Source: Penicillus capitatus (Eukaryota; Plantae; Chlorophyta). From it: 64,000 nucleotides of DNA. Of the stretch, positions 35,132 to 49,100 are shown in pieces. The notes under the pieces are model-generated. The model was not told the origin of the DNA. It ran no database searches and was given only the letters and a program-made list of their open reading frames with translations. Made by a program: the position numbers and the translations under genes. How positions within the stretch are numbered: position 1 is the first letter of the stretch; each line of letters starts with the position of its first letter. The DNA lies in the NCBI GenBank assembly GCA_965649825.1, contig OZ287696.1, forward strand, positions 911,101-975,100. The letters are read 5' to 3'.

Positions 35132-36911
35132 ATGAATGTCTTTACAAGTCTACGAAGTTTTTCGACCAAGCCGACTTTTGGTGGTCGGCCGGATACGACC
35201 TATACTGTTGCGAGTAAGCCCAAGTCAATGCACAGGGCAAAGAGATCTCGCATTGGGCGTACCCTCCTCTTTCAAATGCTTATTTCCGGCTCGATGGGTC
35301 ATTCCGCCTCGGCTGCCGCTCGGCGCAACGACGTGGTCACACGAAGCGCTGTGGTCTACGAGGAGGAGCAGTCTCCCACGGTGAGGTCGCCACTACTCAA
35401 CGGTGTCGCGGACGACTGGTCAGCGGAGCCAACTTCCCGCGACTGGGATGGACGCGAACTCGACGGCAGTTCACAAAGTAGGACCGTGTATGTATAGAGA
35501 CACGAGATATGAAATCTTCTGCAGATCTGACGGCCATTGCGGGATTGCTTGCGGTAGCTGGTGCTGGATTTTTTGCAACTCGTGCCGTCGGTACGCTTTT
35601 CAACCACCGCTCAGATTTGGCCCGCATTGTCCCCCATCCGGTATCTTTCTCTGCCACACCTTCCACAGCAGATGCTTCGACGCCACGAAGCTCCATCTCA
35701 TCTGATGATCATCTTCGGTCCCGTCCTCTATCACCGGGCTCGGTGGAATTCGTCCGTGCGCATCAAGATCGAGGTACTTCACCAATTCCGCACGAAAGAG
35801 GCATAGATCGCTCTACGTCCATGGGAAGCCTTGCGACTGTCAGTTCCGTGCACGAAAGCGGCAGACATCTTTCGGAAGTGGATGATGATGCCTTATCGGT
35901 AACGAGTGCGGCAGATGGTATTGATGTGGCATCGACGATCAGTTCGTCGGAGATGTCGGAAACGGGCAGTGTTGATATGATGGGAGACATGTACGCGACA
36001 AACAGAGAACTGCCGGCGGACATGCCGAGATTCCGATCACTATCGCCGGAAATGATACAGAAACTGCCACATGAACTTACGGTTGGTACACTTAGAGAAA
36101 GAGCACAGCTCGCCATGAAGGCAGCAAATACAGCAACAGAAGCAGCTCAAAGGTGAAACGACAGGTGTGTATTGCAGTGGCGAGCAACGGTGTCTCTTCT
36201 GCAGGGCTTCGGCGTTTTCTGCTGCTGCCTCGACGGCTTCGGCCACAGCTGCCAAGGCTTCCAGTAGAGCAATGTCGGCTGCAACTCTGGCGCATATTGC
36301 ACTTGAATCTGGAAATGTTGACCAAATGACAACGGTAGGTCGATCGATGAATGCACGCACGCACGGACGCTATATGTTTGTGACCCTTCTAGGCTCAGAC
36401 AGAGGCATGGAAGGCTGTACAGTTAGCTGCAGAAGCGGAGAGTCGAGCTGCTGAAGCTGCCGCACTGGCGACGGCTTACGAAGATCTGTCCGAGCAGCAA
36501 GCCAACGTTGCACGTGAACTATCTCGTCCACCCCCTGGGAATTTTCTCAAGACCATCACGATGCCGATCGTCACGTTCTTTCACCCACTCACGGCTGCAG
36601 TTGTCGGTGTGACATCGGCGATCTCCCAATGGCTGATGGGTATCTGGACATACTTCGCCTCGGGAACGTGCTGGCATCAGATCTGCTCTCTGTGTCGCAG
36701 TTGTGTTGCATACGTTTCAGGACTCTTCCTTTCTGTGGTGACCAGTATAAAGAACACGGCTTTGTACATTTTCCAAAAGATCACGGATTTCTGTGCCTTT
36801 GTCGGGAATGGTGTGAAGCACGGGTTCGATTCTTGCTTACGTTTTTTCAAAGTGCTTTACACCAGGATTTTTCACCCAAAGGGGTCTATAGGGGGAGATG
36901 CAGCTGCCTAG
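35132..36911 (+). CDS. Hypothetical protein with hydrophobic segments and Ala-rich helical region
   Basis: Same-strand ORFs 35060-35497, 35509-36156, 36167-36454 and 36561-36911 can be joined by GT-AG introns. Confidence 0.6.
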
Positions 36912-37745
36912 TCTATTCCCCCTATGAACAACTGACTACACACAAGCTGAGGTTTTGCTCTGAAAGACTCAAAAAACAACACAACGAGAGGGAGGGGGTC
37001 GCGGGAGTGATGTCAGCTTTTCGTTTAGCGCTTCAGGAGGTCCACATATCTGACTAGAATTCGACGCAGATTGGGGCTCTAATTACATACATGCATCCTC
37101 TTTCTATTACGTTGTCGGTACAGAGCGTAAGTTGCGAGGCCCTCTGTTTGCGTTTCTCTTTTCCTATGATTTGGTTTGTAACATCGATATCAATCAATAA
37201 GCACTGAAAAAGAATTTAGTGCTCGGACACTCTCGTTCAGACATTCGCTTCTTGGCAAAATCCCATGTGAGGACGATGCTTACCTGATGCTGTTGCGTCT
37301 TTCTATTCCTACTTTGTTGGGAGCGTGCATTCCGACGGGATGCCATTCCAATTCCCATTCCCATTCCCATTCGTCATTTGTCATTATTCCAGCGCAGCGC
37401 TTGATAACCCTCTCTCCTGTGCGGACGGAATCAACGGACCTGACCTGAGAACGCATGCTCGCAATGACTGTTTCCTGAAGTTGTGGTGGGTAGTGGAGTC
37501 ATCATGAATGGACTTCAATCAATGAAGAAGTTTCTGTCTGGTTGTCTGTTTATCTATCTATCTGTCTTTCTGTGTGTTCATTATCACTCTCGCTATTCGA
37601 TGACGCGTTCATCAACCATCGACCGACGCGATGCGACAGGCGACAGGCGACAACGCGCTCGTTCTTTGTCTTCAGACCCGTCTCGAATTCATTTCATCGT
37701 CTGGAAGGAACGTGATTCTTAAAGAAGAAAGCAGAAGACGACGTT

Positions 37746-38405
37746 ATGGACGTCGTTGTCGTCTCCAAAGAAGAGCAGTACGTTTTGCTTGAAGCTCCTT
37801 GTCCGGTAGAAGTAAACACCGAGCGAAAAGAAAAACCGTCTTGCGTTTGGAGCAGTGGCTCTGAAACGAGTTCGTCTCTCTTCGGTACGGTCGTCATCGA
37901 GAGTACCGACCCTTCCTCAGCAGAGACGCCCTCGGCCACTGCACACGACGCTTCGTTACTCGCCGATGTCCATCACGGAGTCCAAGAGTACGTATCTGGT
38001 GCCTTGGATACACTGGAGAGGCGATTAGAAGTGGTGCTGGATTCCATTTCGGATGAGCTGACGTCCGAAGTCATACGAGAAAGGCAGCATCTGCTTCTGA
38101 TGCAAGAAAAAGTGGATATGCAGGGGCAGACACTGCAACGCGAGTTTACGGAGCTCAATAAAAAGATGACGCAAGAGAGTACCCTTCGATCGATGGTACA
38201 GCAGAAGTACAGAGAACAGAACGATGCATTGGGTGCCTCCTTGCAGTCGATCTCCAAAGAAATTGCCGAATTAAAACGCGTCGTCAATCGACTCGAAACA
38301 CCCTGGATGTACAGAGCGCTCCACAACATGCTCTTCCTTTTTCAACAGTGTTCAGGGAATACATGTTCGTATCAGAGACTTCAGAGTGGAGACGGAGAGG
38401 TTTAG
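37746..38405 (+). CDS. Hypothetical coiled-coil protein
   Basis: 219-aa ORF with a heptad-like region LDTLERRLEVVLDSI...LQSISKEIAELKRVVNRLE. Confidence 0.6.
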   Translation: MDVVVVSKEEQYVLLEAPCPVEVNTERKEKPSCVWSSGSETSSSLFGTVVIESTDPSSAETPSATAHDASLLADVHHGVQEYVSGALDTLERRLEVVLDSISDELTSEVIRERQHLLLMQEKVDMQGQTLQREFTELNKKMTQESTLRSMVQQKYREQNDALGASLQSISKEIAELKRVVNRLETPWMYRALHNMLFLFQQCSGNTCSYQRLQSGDGEV

Positions 38406-38889
38406 TTCGTCACGTGCATAAACGGTGCGGGTATCCGAGTTGGGTTGTCCGTTCATGACTTGTGTACGATGCATAGTTTGTATGAAACGGTCGTGATACA
38501 GGCGGTAGGGCGGATGGTGGAAGTGACGCCTGTTAGTTTCGCTGTTTTCAAGATTCAGCTGTGTCCAATAATGCCAGCAACAATTTTGTTGCCCGTGCTG
38601 ATCTTCTTGAACTTGTGTGCAATAACAACACTTGTTCCCACAGCGCCAAGTCGTCATCACTCTCGACGTCGCGTCACCCGATTGCCTTTCTGCTGATCGT
38701 GTCCAATGCTTCCTCCCCCATTGCCGTCCCATCCATCCCGCGTATACTGCCGATCCATGATGGGACGAGCGTGTTCATCCTGTTCTTCGTGACTTCATCA
38801 CACCGTGTATTTGTTTGTCGACCTGACGATACCACCGTGTATTTATTTGTCGACTTTACGATCGCAACGCGTATTTGTCCACCTTTACG

Positions 38890-40081
38890 ATGCTGCGTCG
38901 TTGTGCTCAGGACCTTGTGAAAACCTCGTTTCCACTCCGCTGCGCCGCTGTGGGATGGGAGACACGACTGAAGTCGACGGTGGGATGGGAGACACGACTG
39001 AAGTCGACGGTGCGTCGCTTTGCCATTCTCTCCGTGTCGTGGTAACGGCAACGACCTTTGCTCGATAGGTATCTCACGAAAAAGAGACATTCGAACTCGA
39101 ATGGGACGAAGCGAAGCACGATTTCGAGAGGAAAGGGAAAGATACGAGCGGCACGACGCCGCTTTCGCATCCGTCTTCTCAGAAACGCGAAAAGGGCGAT
39201 ACGACTTATTTGCTCATGCAGCCTGTGTATGAAAGGGCCTATACAGAATCGATCAAGCCACGCCATCAACCTCCAACCACGGTATGGCTTCGCATTGGCT
39301 TCCTTCTGTGATGTGGGACGGATGACAGGCGACAGACAGAGCCGCCTTCTATTCGATTCAATTCATGCGTCGTATGTTTGACCTTGTCACAGGCTATGGT
39401 CCAGATATGGACATGAAGAAGTGGCTGCGCCGCATTGTTTTCTTGGAGACAGTGGCAGGAGTACCGGGAATGGTGGGCGGGATGCTGCGACATCTCCGAT
39501 CGTTGCGTTCGATGAAGCGCGATCACGGTTGGATTCACACCCTCTTAGAAGAGGCAGAGAACGAACGCATGCATCTGCTGACATTCCTGCAGTTGCGTCA
39601 ACCGGGTATCCTGTTCAGAAGCTCAGTCATCATGACACAAGTCCGATATCGCTGCCGGATGGGCTGGCGTTCTAAGCATGGATGCTGTTCTGTCCAGGGC
39701 ATCTTTTTTAATCTCTATTTCGTATCCTACATGATTTCTCCACGCTATGCACACAAAATGGTGGGCTACTTGGAAGAGGAAGCTGTGAAGACCTACACAC
39801 ATCTGTTGCACGACATTGACAGCAATAGACTCCCTGAATGGAAGCACACGCCGTGTCCAGAAATTGCCAGAAACTATTGGAAGCTGCCAGTAGAGCACAC
39901 CTGTAACCATACATGTCCGTCCCATGGGTCGTCTGTGCTGCAGGAGGGTGCGACGATGCGTGATTTGATTTTGAACGTTCGTGCAGATGAAGCGTGTCAC
40001 AGTCATGTCAATCATACGTTTGGTAACATGCCAAAGGACGAGACCAATCCATTTGATAAGTACAGTCACACTGTTCCGTGA
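38890..40081 (+). CDS. AOX: Mitochondrial alternative oxidase
   Basis: RRIVFLETVAGVPGMVGGMLRHLRSLR, LLEEAENERMHLLTF, VGYLEEEAVKTYT, VRADEACHSHVNH; presequence MLRRCAQDLVKTSF; TGTAA at 40126. Confidence 0.97.
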
Positions 40082-40133
40082 GCGACAAACTGCTCTAGAT
40101 CTTTTCCTTCTGTTCCATACGCTTATGTAAGAC

Positions 40134-43100
40134 TCAGTACCATGGATGCCACGTTGGATCCATGGTGCATAAATTCTCTGGATCTGTTGCTTTGCGAATG
40201 AGTTCTTCGACGCCTCTGTTAATGGCCCCGCGCGGCGCTCCCTCTTCCATGTAGTTCTTCGGGACATCTGGACAGATCTCTTTGACGTTCTGCATCGCCC
40301 CGGCGACATTCTTTTCGACAAGTGGCTGTAGCTGAGACATACTCGATGTGTACTGGCTTCTGGATTCTCTCCTGGAGGCCCATGCCAATAGCTCGTCTCT
40401 GAAGAAGAGACTCAGACACGAGGCGAGATTCGAATGGCGCTGCGTCAGTGCCATAGCCGCCGACACCATCGACGTCGTAAAAACGCCCTCGACACCGAAT
40501 GGACTGAAAAATGTCGCCAGGTTTCGTGTCAAGCGAAAAGGAACGGCCTCTTCGTTCTGGTGCACATATCCCTGGGCATTGACCAAGGGACAGAAATCCA
40601 CTTGCAGTACTTTGCCAGAAGAACGGGAGAACAGGATCTTTCCTGGCACCCGGCCGCCAATCGACAGCATCACAGACATCAGAGACGACAGCGCCATCTG
40701 TGCACAGAACTGCTTACGGAAGACCCAGAGATGATTCGAAGACGGCAAGATTCTGTACATATAAAGCGAAAAAATATTCTCGGCTATCTTTTCATCGGGC
40801 CCCTCGGTGATCTCTTTGAACGCTTGGAGGGCGAGTTCAGCTGGATCATCGTTTCTGTTGTAAATTTTTCCTTTGAAAAGCAGCACAGGATAGTCGGGTT
40901 CCTTGCCAAGAGACTGACAGTTGACTTCCAGCGCCTCCAAGTAAGTGGTAAAACAGGGATCCTCTTCGACGAGACGGACTTTGTTCCAGACAGGAACGAT
41001 GACAGGTGCAAAGAAGCTCAGAAATCTGCTGCGGCATTGATGGTGCTTATTCAGGAGACGGTTCAGTAGACACATCAACTGCAGCATACGTTCCTCTGAG
41101 GATGCCGGTTGGCCAGAGGTATGTCCGTTCTGCAGGATGAAGTGCGTCTTGCGTCCTTCCGAATCGTAGAAGGCGATTCTGCGAAATGCTGTCCCCTGTC
41201 GACGAATCGTCCGAATCTCTGAGCTGATCTTCTCCAGATAGACTGGAACATCGGCAATGGTATCTGGCGACTTGGTATACTGACAGGGCATCTCGATGCC
41301 GTGCAAATTGAGCTCCTGCAGTGCAGGGCTCTCTCTGTGCAGCTGCAGAACGGTCGGCATCTGTTCGTCCAGATACTGGCTCAGCATATTGCGCCATTTC
41401 TTCAATCGCTGTGTCAGTTCTCCCAGCGTTTTTGGAAAGCCGTCTGCCATGGGACTGAGATGATGAACGAACGCCTCCTTTAGATCTTTATGCACGGCAG
41501 TGCTGGCACGGGTGTCTGGGAAACAGGCACGGCATACGCCATCGATCTCGCGAATGAGATTACTCGGAACCTCCATCGTCTGCGGCCCCGGTACTTTGCA
41601 GCAACGCGCCAACAACACATGAACGACCGCCATCAATCGCTCCTCGGGTTTTGCCATAAAATTGCTGGCAATTTCGCGGAGCATAATCTCGAGTGTGTTG
41701 GACAAGGGACCCAGCTGGTGCTTGAGTCTGTCCATCCATTCCTTCACGTGTTCAAAGTTCTGACGGATGGTCGAGCGGGCGCCCAGTAGAGCTGCATCCT
41801 CTCGGCCAGTACCCGAAGAACTGCCTGCTTGTGGATTGCCTGCCTGCGTCATGTCGGATGGAGTGGCAGAACTGGTTGCCACATCTGTCCGCTTGATTTT
41901 CTCCAAAGCCACATTGGCCGCTTCTCTCATGTTCAACATGTGCACTCTCAGAAAATAGTAGAGCGCTTGGGGATGTGTCTGGATGATTCTGGGAAGAATG
42001 CCTTTCAGAGATTCGCCTTCTGGACGATGCAGCACTGAGAGAATCTGCGGAATGTAGAAGAGCCAGTAGGCAGATGGAATGACCTCGGCACCACTCAACG
42101 TCTCTCTAAAGACTTTATCCACCGTTCCTGTTAAGCCACCGATCACTCAGGCACGCAGACACAAAGAGAACGGACCTGTCTTGTCAAAGGACAGCAGATG
42201 AAGGCATCTAGGAATCATGGCACGGGCGGCAGATGATGGTAACTGCATCGCCTGGAAATAACAGCCAACGGCATATTCCAGCTGAACAGAGGCATTGGGG
42301 TCTTGCTTCTTCTTCTCATACATTTCATCACAGAAGGCTCCCCAACTGAGCCACGCCTCAGGGAACTGATGATTGAGGGTGATGGACGTGCTGAAGGATT
42401 GATTGGCCATCTCTGGATCGCCCAATGCTCTGTAGTACTCTCCCTGCAGTCGGAAGATCTGAGCCTGGAGTCCTTGATAGGGAAAGTAGTCCAGATTGGT
42501 CGAGCAAAGCATCGTCAGTCCCGTGAGTTTTTGGTCGTCCATCAGTAGATAGGCTTTGGACTGCTCCACGATCTTGAGAAAAGCTTCTTGCACGTCCATG
42601 TAGCTATCGCTGTACATGTTGTTCTCGATATCGATGCAGACGTCTAAGGCTCCGTGCTTTCGGGCGACATTTGCTAGTCGATTGATGCTCGATGCCTTGT
42701 CCTTGATGCACAGGTGATGGAGCGAAGGCGAATTGGGCTCGGATCCACCGCTGATCGAATTGGCAATGCTGCTGTATATGATGTGACGCCAGATGAAGAC
42801 ATCTGACCACACAGAAAGCGGCTCCCAGACATTAGGACTACGGAGACGCCACGTTTCCAGAATCTCCTTCATGAAACCCGACTGCTCATAACGACCGCCT
42901 CTCGGCCCGAGCTCCATGAGTGCCCTAAAAACCAAAGGCCTCAGTAGAGAGCATCTCAGAGATGTCCACCCACTTGGCGCTCTCGCACACCTCCACGACC
43001 TGTTGAAATCTCTGCAGCAGATGCACTTGTCCAAGAACGCCGATCTCTGGCAGTTGCCACCATCGTTGGAGGCACTGGTCGATGGCCTGGCTGATGTGTG

Positions 43101-46100
43101 TGTTGCAGAGATTGGCGTTGTTATCCTGAAAGGCACTGTAGATCATGAGCATCGAGTATTGGAGCTTGTCTGGAAACTGCTCCTTTGCTCCCTGGAGGAG
43201 TTGTCTGAGTTCGCTCCAATCAGGATCGGGTAATCTCCACGAGGCATCCGCCAACAAGGCAACGCTTCTCGAAGCTTCTGCCCAACTGTGCAGCTCATCC
43301 CATTGATTCAGCTCCTTGGCACATCGGCACCATTCCTCAGACCAGAGCATGACTTCCCGCGAGACGCCTTCGGATCTTCCTTCTGTGGAGTGCACGGCTG
43401 CCTCGCCAAAGACGTGCAGTGCCTCTTCCCAGTATCCATACTGCATCAGATTGATACCGTCATGCGTGTAGCCGCCAAGAAACCGTTTCTTCCACAAACC
43501 AAACATCATGTCCGTCTCCGAAAGCAGACTGTACAGTTCGACCAAGGTATCGAAGCATCGCGATTCTTCGGGAAAGATAACGACGTGCGATTCCAGCAGA
43601 GGAATGGCAATGTGCCAGGCATTGTACGTCTTGCCCAAGTACTTGATGAGCTCGGGCGGAATCTTGGGCTGTGGATAGCATAGAGAGGTCGCTTCCATCA
43701 GTCCCTGAATGACATTCGGTCGATGCGATGCTTGGACAGCGTGATAGCGCTTCGTCAGGATAGAGATGATGGGCTTCGCCAGCGAGACTTTACTGTTCTT
43801 GTCCAGTGTCGCCCAGACGATGGGAAAGATCAGGACCCATAGATGATAGGCCAGGTAAGAATGCACATGTGCAAACTCTTTGAGTGGTCCCATCAGATCA
43901 TCAGCCAAGAATGAACCTATGTGACACACAGCTGCTTGGCAGAGAGGAAGGCAGGGGGACAATGGCAGACTTCTTTCTCGAATGAACTGCATGTGGTCAG
44001 AGAGAAGTCGATCCAGAGGACTCATGGGCTCGTTTTCCATTTCCGTATCATCAGAGCCCATAGGCGGACCATGATGCATGACATCAGCCGTGCATGTCGG
44101 GAAGGGAGCCAGCTGCGCTGAGTTGGGAAAGAAGGTCACGGGTTCTCTTCCCCTTAGAGAGGCCAGGAGATAATCCAGCGCTTGTTTCAGCCAGAAACGG
44201 CTGGAGACATGTTCCCAGTCCTGTGTCTGCAGGATGAATTTCAGGCGTTCGAACAGAGAGCTTCCAAACGATCCTTGGTACAAGGTGAAGAACTGTTTGC
44301 GCAATTCTGGCGTCGTGGTGCGGATGCCGCAGAGGAACGTCTGCTCGACATGTGCAAAGACATCTCTCCTGAAATCCTATGCGTGCACGTACACACCCTC
44401 AGCCACCAATCATCAAAGCCATACCACGTACTGCATTCAGTCCAGGGGACGCGCACACGTCGTAGATGGTACTGAGAAAGAGGGAATCGAAATGCTTCTT
44501 CATACATGGCTCCACCAATCCATTGGCATCCAATCTGCAAATCTGCTGCATGGACCAGAGGAGATGTCGTCGCGTGATGGCACGCGATTCTCCGTTTTGG
44601 ATCCACTCCTTCAGCCAATTGGACACGATGACCAAGACATGATAGAAGACAGATCTGTCAGGAACGCGACCGCCTTTCCATGTGAGAAACTGAATCATGG
44701 AAACGACAAAGCATTCGCGTTCGCTGCTGCCAATCTCGTGCAGACGCCCACCACAGAGATGCAGAATCTTGCAGACGTTGTGCATCTGTGTTCCAAAGCT
44801 GGGCAAAGGAATCGTATCTGTGTCACCAGACAACGGAGGCGGTGCCGAATGGGTTGGCGTAGAAACAGGGTTTTGCAGAATGATGACGTACTCTCGAGAG
44901 TATCTCTCCAAGAGACGCACCAACGAAGAGAGAAAGCGCCCGACCATGCCAATCCTGTTGTTCTTGTCTGCCTCCAGGATTCTGAGACATGCCGAGATTT
45001 CGTGTTCGACCTGTCCCTGCTGGATGACGTGACTGTTGACGTCCAGATACTTCACGAGCAATTGCGTATCGAGGGTCTCTCTCAGGAGGGGGTTCACATC
45101 TTCGATCGCAAAGACCTTCTTGAGCGCTGAGCAAAGTCTGTCCAGGAGATCTTCGTCGTGCATGATGATGATCTTCTGTGACAGCACAATGAAATAATGC
45201 CAGCCATGTTCCAGGAAGACAATGGGCTGGTATTGCAGGGCGAGGGAGACCAAATCCAGTCCTGCTGTCAGGATCAACGCCGGCGATTGGTGCTGCATCT
45301 GACTGCCTTCGATCAGTCGCTCCACGAAATCCAATCGGAATTCGACATCTGGCCATACGTCTAGTGCCTGGCTCAAGATGCGCATGATGTCGCCGTACGA
45401 GTATTTCACGGTGTTGTCTTTGGAGTGGTCTGACGGCACCGCAAACGCTGTCTTGGCCAAGAACGCAACCACCATTTTCTTCATATTTGTGAACGTCTCT
45501 CCTGCCAACGGAGGTGGAGAGACGGATCCCATCATAGCATCGTCGCCGCATCCCTTGATTCTTTGGACCTCCCAGTCAACAATCACTCTTTCCATGTCAA
45601 TGGCCATCTGTCGATTCTCTGAATTGGCATTGATCGGAGGGCGGCGCAGACGGCTGAGTGTATTGACCATCTGGCCTAGAAAATGCGAACGGTAGGCGTA
45701 GAAGAGATCTGGATGTCCGATGATCATTTGCCAGAGATTCATCAGCAGATTGAGCTTGTGTCCTTCGGCCTGCATGTGCTTGATGGCATACTCCATCCAA
45801 ATAGGAATGCTCCCTGGCTCCGTCTGTCCAACGAATCGCTCTGCCAGTGCAGGAACCATCACATCGAGTGTTTCCTGCACGAGCTCCCTCTTCGTCTCGG
45901 CAAAATCCGATTTCAGAAGATTCACAAAGACTTGCAGGACGGTCTTGTTGCTGAGCTGAAGTGTTCTCAGGATGTGGGCGACCAAGAGAAATGCATGGCT
46001 CTTGCATTCGACGTTCTCAGCTTTGAGGAATGACCACGCATACTTAAGGACCCCTTTGCCAAATCCATCCGCGCAGATACCGGGTGCCCCCACCGTGAGC

Positions 46101-49100
46101 AGTCGCCCAACATCCAGCAATTCCACTTCCAGACAGACATCTCTCTGCACGTCCGTGTTCTTGGCCAGATTGACAAACGCCTGAATGAGATGCATAGAGA
46201 TGACGCAACGCATTTCGTCTTTCTGAATCAGCGATTGGAGAATGGGAATCACCAGGAATCTCAGCACAAAGATCGACTGCTCCTGAGACATGTGCGCATT
46301 CAGATGTGTGAGGACAAAAAGCAAAACAGAATAGAGTTCTTGATGGCTGTAGTGCTTTGGCACATAGTCCATGCAATACTCCTTAATAAAGGTGAAGTCC
46401 ACTTTGGAGCTGCTCTCAAAAGCCGTCAGCAAAGCCACAAGGGGCTCCACTTCGTGATGATGCACCGAGATGTAGTTCAGCAGACACTTGGCGATAGCTT
46501 TGCTCTCAAAGAGCTCTCCGTGTGTCATGGTCTCCTCTCTTGTTGCCCTCTCTTTCATGTCAAGACCTTTCCAGAGGGAGAAGAGGTACTGAAAGAGCTG
46601 ATGTTGATTCGGCAGCCACTCCGGTTGCAGTTTGACGATGGTCTTGATCAACTGCAGTGCATGATACATGGCCATCGATGGGATATCCATCGCAGACGAT
46701 GGTCCTTCCGATCCACAGGGATTCGACTGCAGGAGAGACACAAGGTGCCGAGTGGACTTCATCACTTCATGCAGCAGAGGCTCTCCAATCTCTGACTTGA
46801 TGATATCGATAAAACGTGTGACATAACTGGCGTTCTGCATGCGTGTGGGTGCCAGGAAGTAGTTGATGGCGTCATCCCGGTATCGGATGAGAAACTTGGT
46901 CAGTGGGGATCGGTAAGGCGACCAGAGAATGTGAGGCACAGGTCCAACAGGTGAGGCATGACCCAGTCTCTCCTCGAGTTCGATGGTCAAAACGACAAGG
47001 CCGATGCGGTCCGTTCCTGATTTTTGTGTTTCCAAAAAAGAGCTGGCAGAGTCTGGGAGCAGATGGAAGAGCTCCAGAATGGCGGCTGCGATTTTGGAAT
47101 CGTCGGCTGGTGACCACGATTTCTGGAAACCCATGCCGCCATCCGATTCAATCCACCTTTTCAGATGTTCCAACAACTTTTCCCCCAGCGTCAGATTAAA
47201 CCACTGCGAGAGCATTCGCAAGGCCTCGGCACCTCCTTGCAGAACATTGAGATCCAGTGAGCTGTATTTGTTGATCCTGGAGAGTATAGGTGTGAGAAGA
47301 GACTGGATGTCGTACTGTGGGATTCTCTGTCCCTGAATCAGCCGTGTCAGTCCTGTCTTGCAGATCTCCCTCAGCTTCTCTTCTGGCGAGATCAGCATCT
47401 TAAAAAAGACGCGCACCATGGATTCCAGCTTCTCTTTGGCTCCAGGAATATCCATGCTGTTGAGAAATGGATCCCAGCCAGACAGCGTCGCCAGCATCTG
47501 CAATGCCGATTCCTTCATTCTCGCCAAGACGCTCATCCGTTCAGGCCGCGCTCCATTGCCGCTTCGCATCATGGCTGCCGCATCGTCAGGGGCTTCGCAC
47601 AGGAGGACCACGGCAAAGTCCGCACAGAGAAGGATCTGTTCCAGCAGATGAGGGACGGAAGGAAGGCTTTGATTGATGCAGTAGACAAGCAGACGTGACA
47701 GTCCCTCCATGTGCGATGCAAATGCCGTGATCACTTGATGCGCCTTGTACTTTTTGGCGGCCGAAGCGCACTCCTCCAGGGATCTTTTGAGACTCTTCGA
47801 CTGAAGGGTCACGAATGGATCCAACACATCCACGATAGATTTTCTGAAGCTTTGACAGAGATAGACGAGACAGTCGTGGCAGTCTTCTCGGACTCTTTCT
47901 GGGACGTTCAGCAGAAAGACCGTCAAACAGAGTTTGCCAATCGCCTGTGTCATTTCCTGAGATTCTTGCATTCCTAAGGAATCTGTCATGGAGCCGTGTC
48001 CTTCGACTGCCTTGTGCATCAATTTCATCAGCTGTTCTCTCAGTAAGGTGCGAAGAGACAGTCCATGATTCGGCAGCGACTGCATCAGGTGCAGTGCACT
48101 TCTCATGAGCTGCTGCAGCGCTTTGGCCAGAAACACAGGCGGAAGCTCTGCAATGAGCACTTCTATGCCATAGATGCCTCCCGTCTTGACTGCCCAGTTG
48201 TCACCAAAACAGCAATTCACGATACGATGCAGCACGCTGTTGACCACATCTGGCAGACCACATTCCCGGGCGAGGTTGCGTTGCCTATGGTGATCTGACA
48301 CGCCACAGGGGGCATACATCTCTGAAGTGTCCATCATATCGATTTCGGGAATGCTCTTCTCGTCGTTAATCTGGAGCAGCATTTGAAGAAACCATGAGAG
48401 CGCTCGAGCACCACATTTGGTAACGGATGTCTCTTCGTTTGACATGACCTGCACAACAGATAGACATCCCACTGTCGTTTGGCCTTGGGCCGCGTACTTC
48501 GATCAAGGCATCGATGAAGAGTTCAGGTTCGAGGTGTTTGACGGTGGAGCTGGGTCGAGCATCGCCGGCGGCTGCCTGCAAGAACGATCTGGATTCTCCG
48601 GCGGCGCATCCAGATGGAGTGAAGTGAAAGAGCAGAGCAAAATGACGACAGATGCCTTTTGCAAAGACAATGGCTTCTTCTTTCAGCTCAGGATCCATAC
48701 AGAGCATGAGTGCCGTGGATATGAGGGATGTCATCGTTCTCTTCTCCGCAAGATATTGTGATTTGACTTGCATGTGTTGCTCTGGACGTCCACCGCAATG
48801 TGGGCCGTGTGGCAGGGGTGCCGCTTCCAGAATGGCGTTCTTTAGCCTCGACAGACTTGAGAAGCAACCTCGAATCTGCGGCAGGTTCATCATGGCAATT
48901 AGACAGACATGCAGAAACTGCATTCCTTGCTGGCGATAGTAAAGGACGTTTTCTGGATCGGGAGCACTTGACGAGGGAGATCTGTTGAGGAGTTTCTGGC
49001 TTGTCAGAGAAATGCATTTGTCGAGAGGGACTAAAAATTTGGTGTCCGGTGCAAAGACCAGAATGAGTCTCAGTCCGTGCTCCGGGTTGTCTTTCCATTC

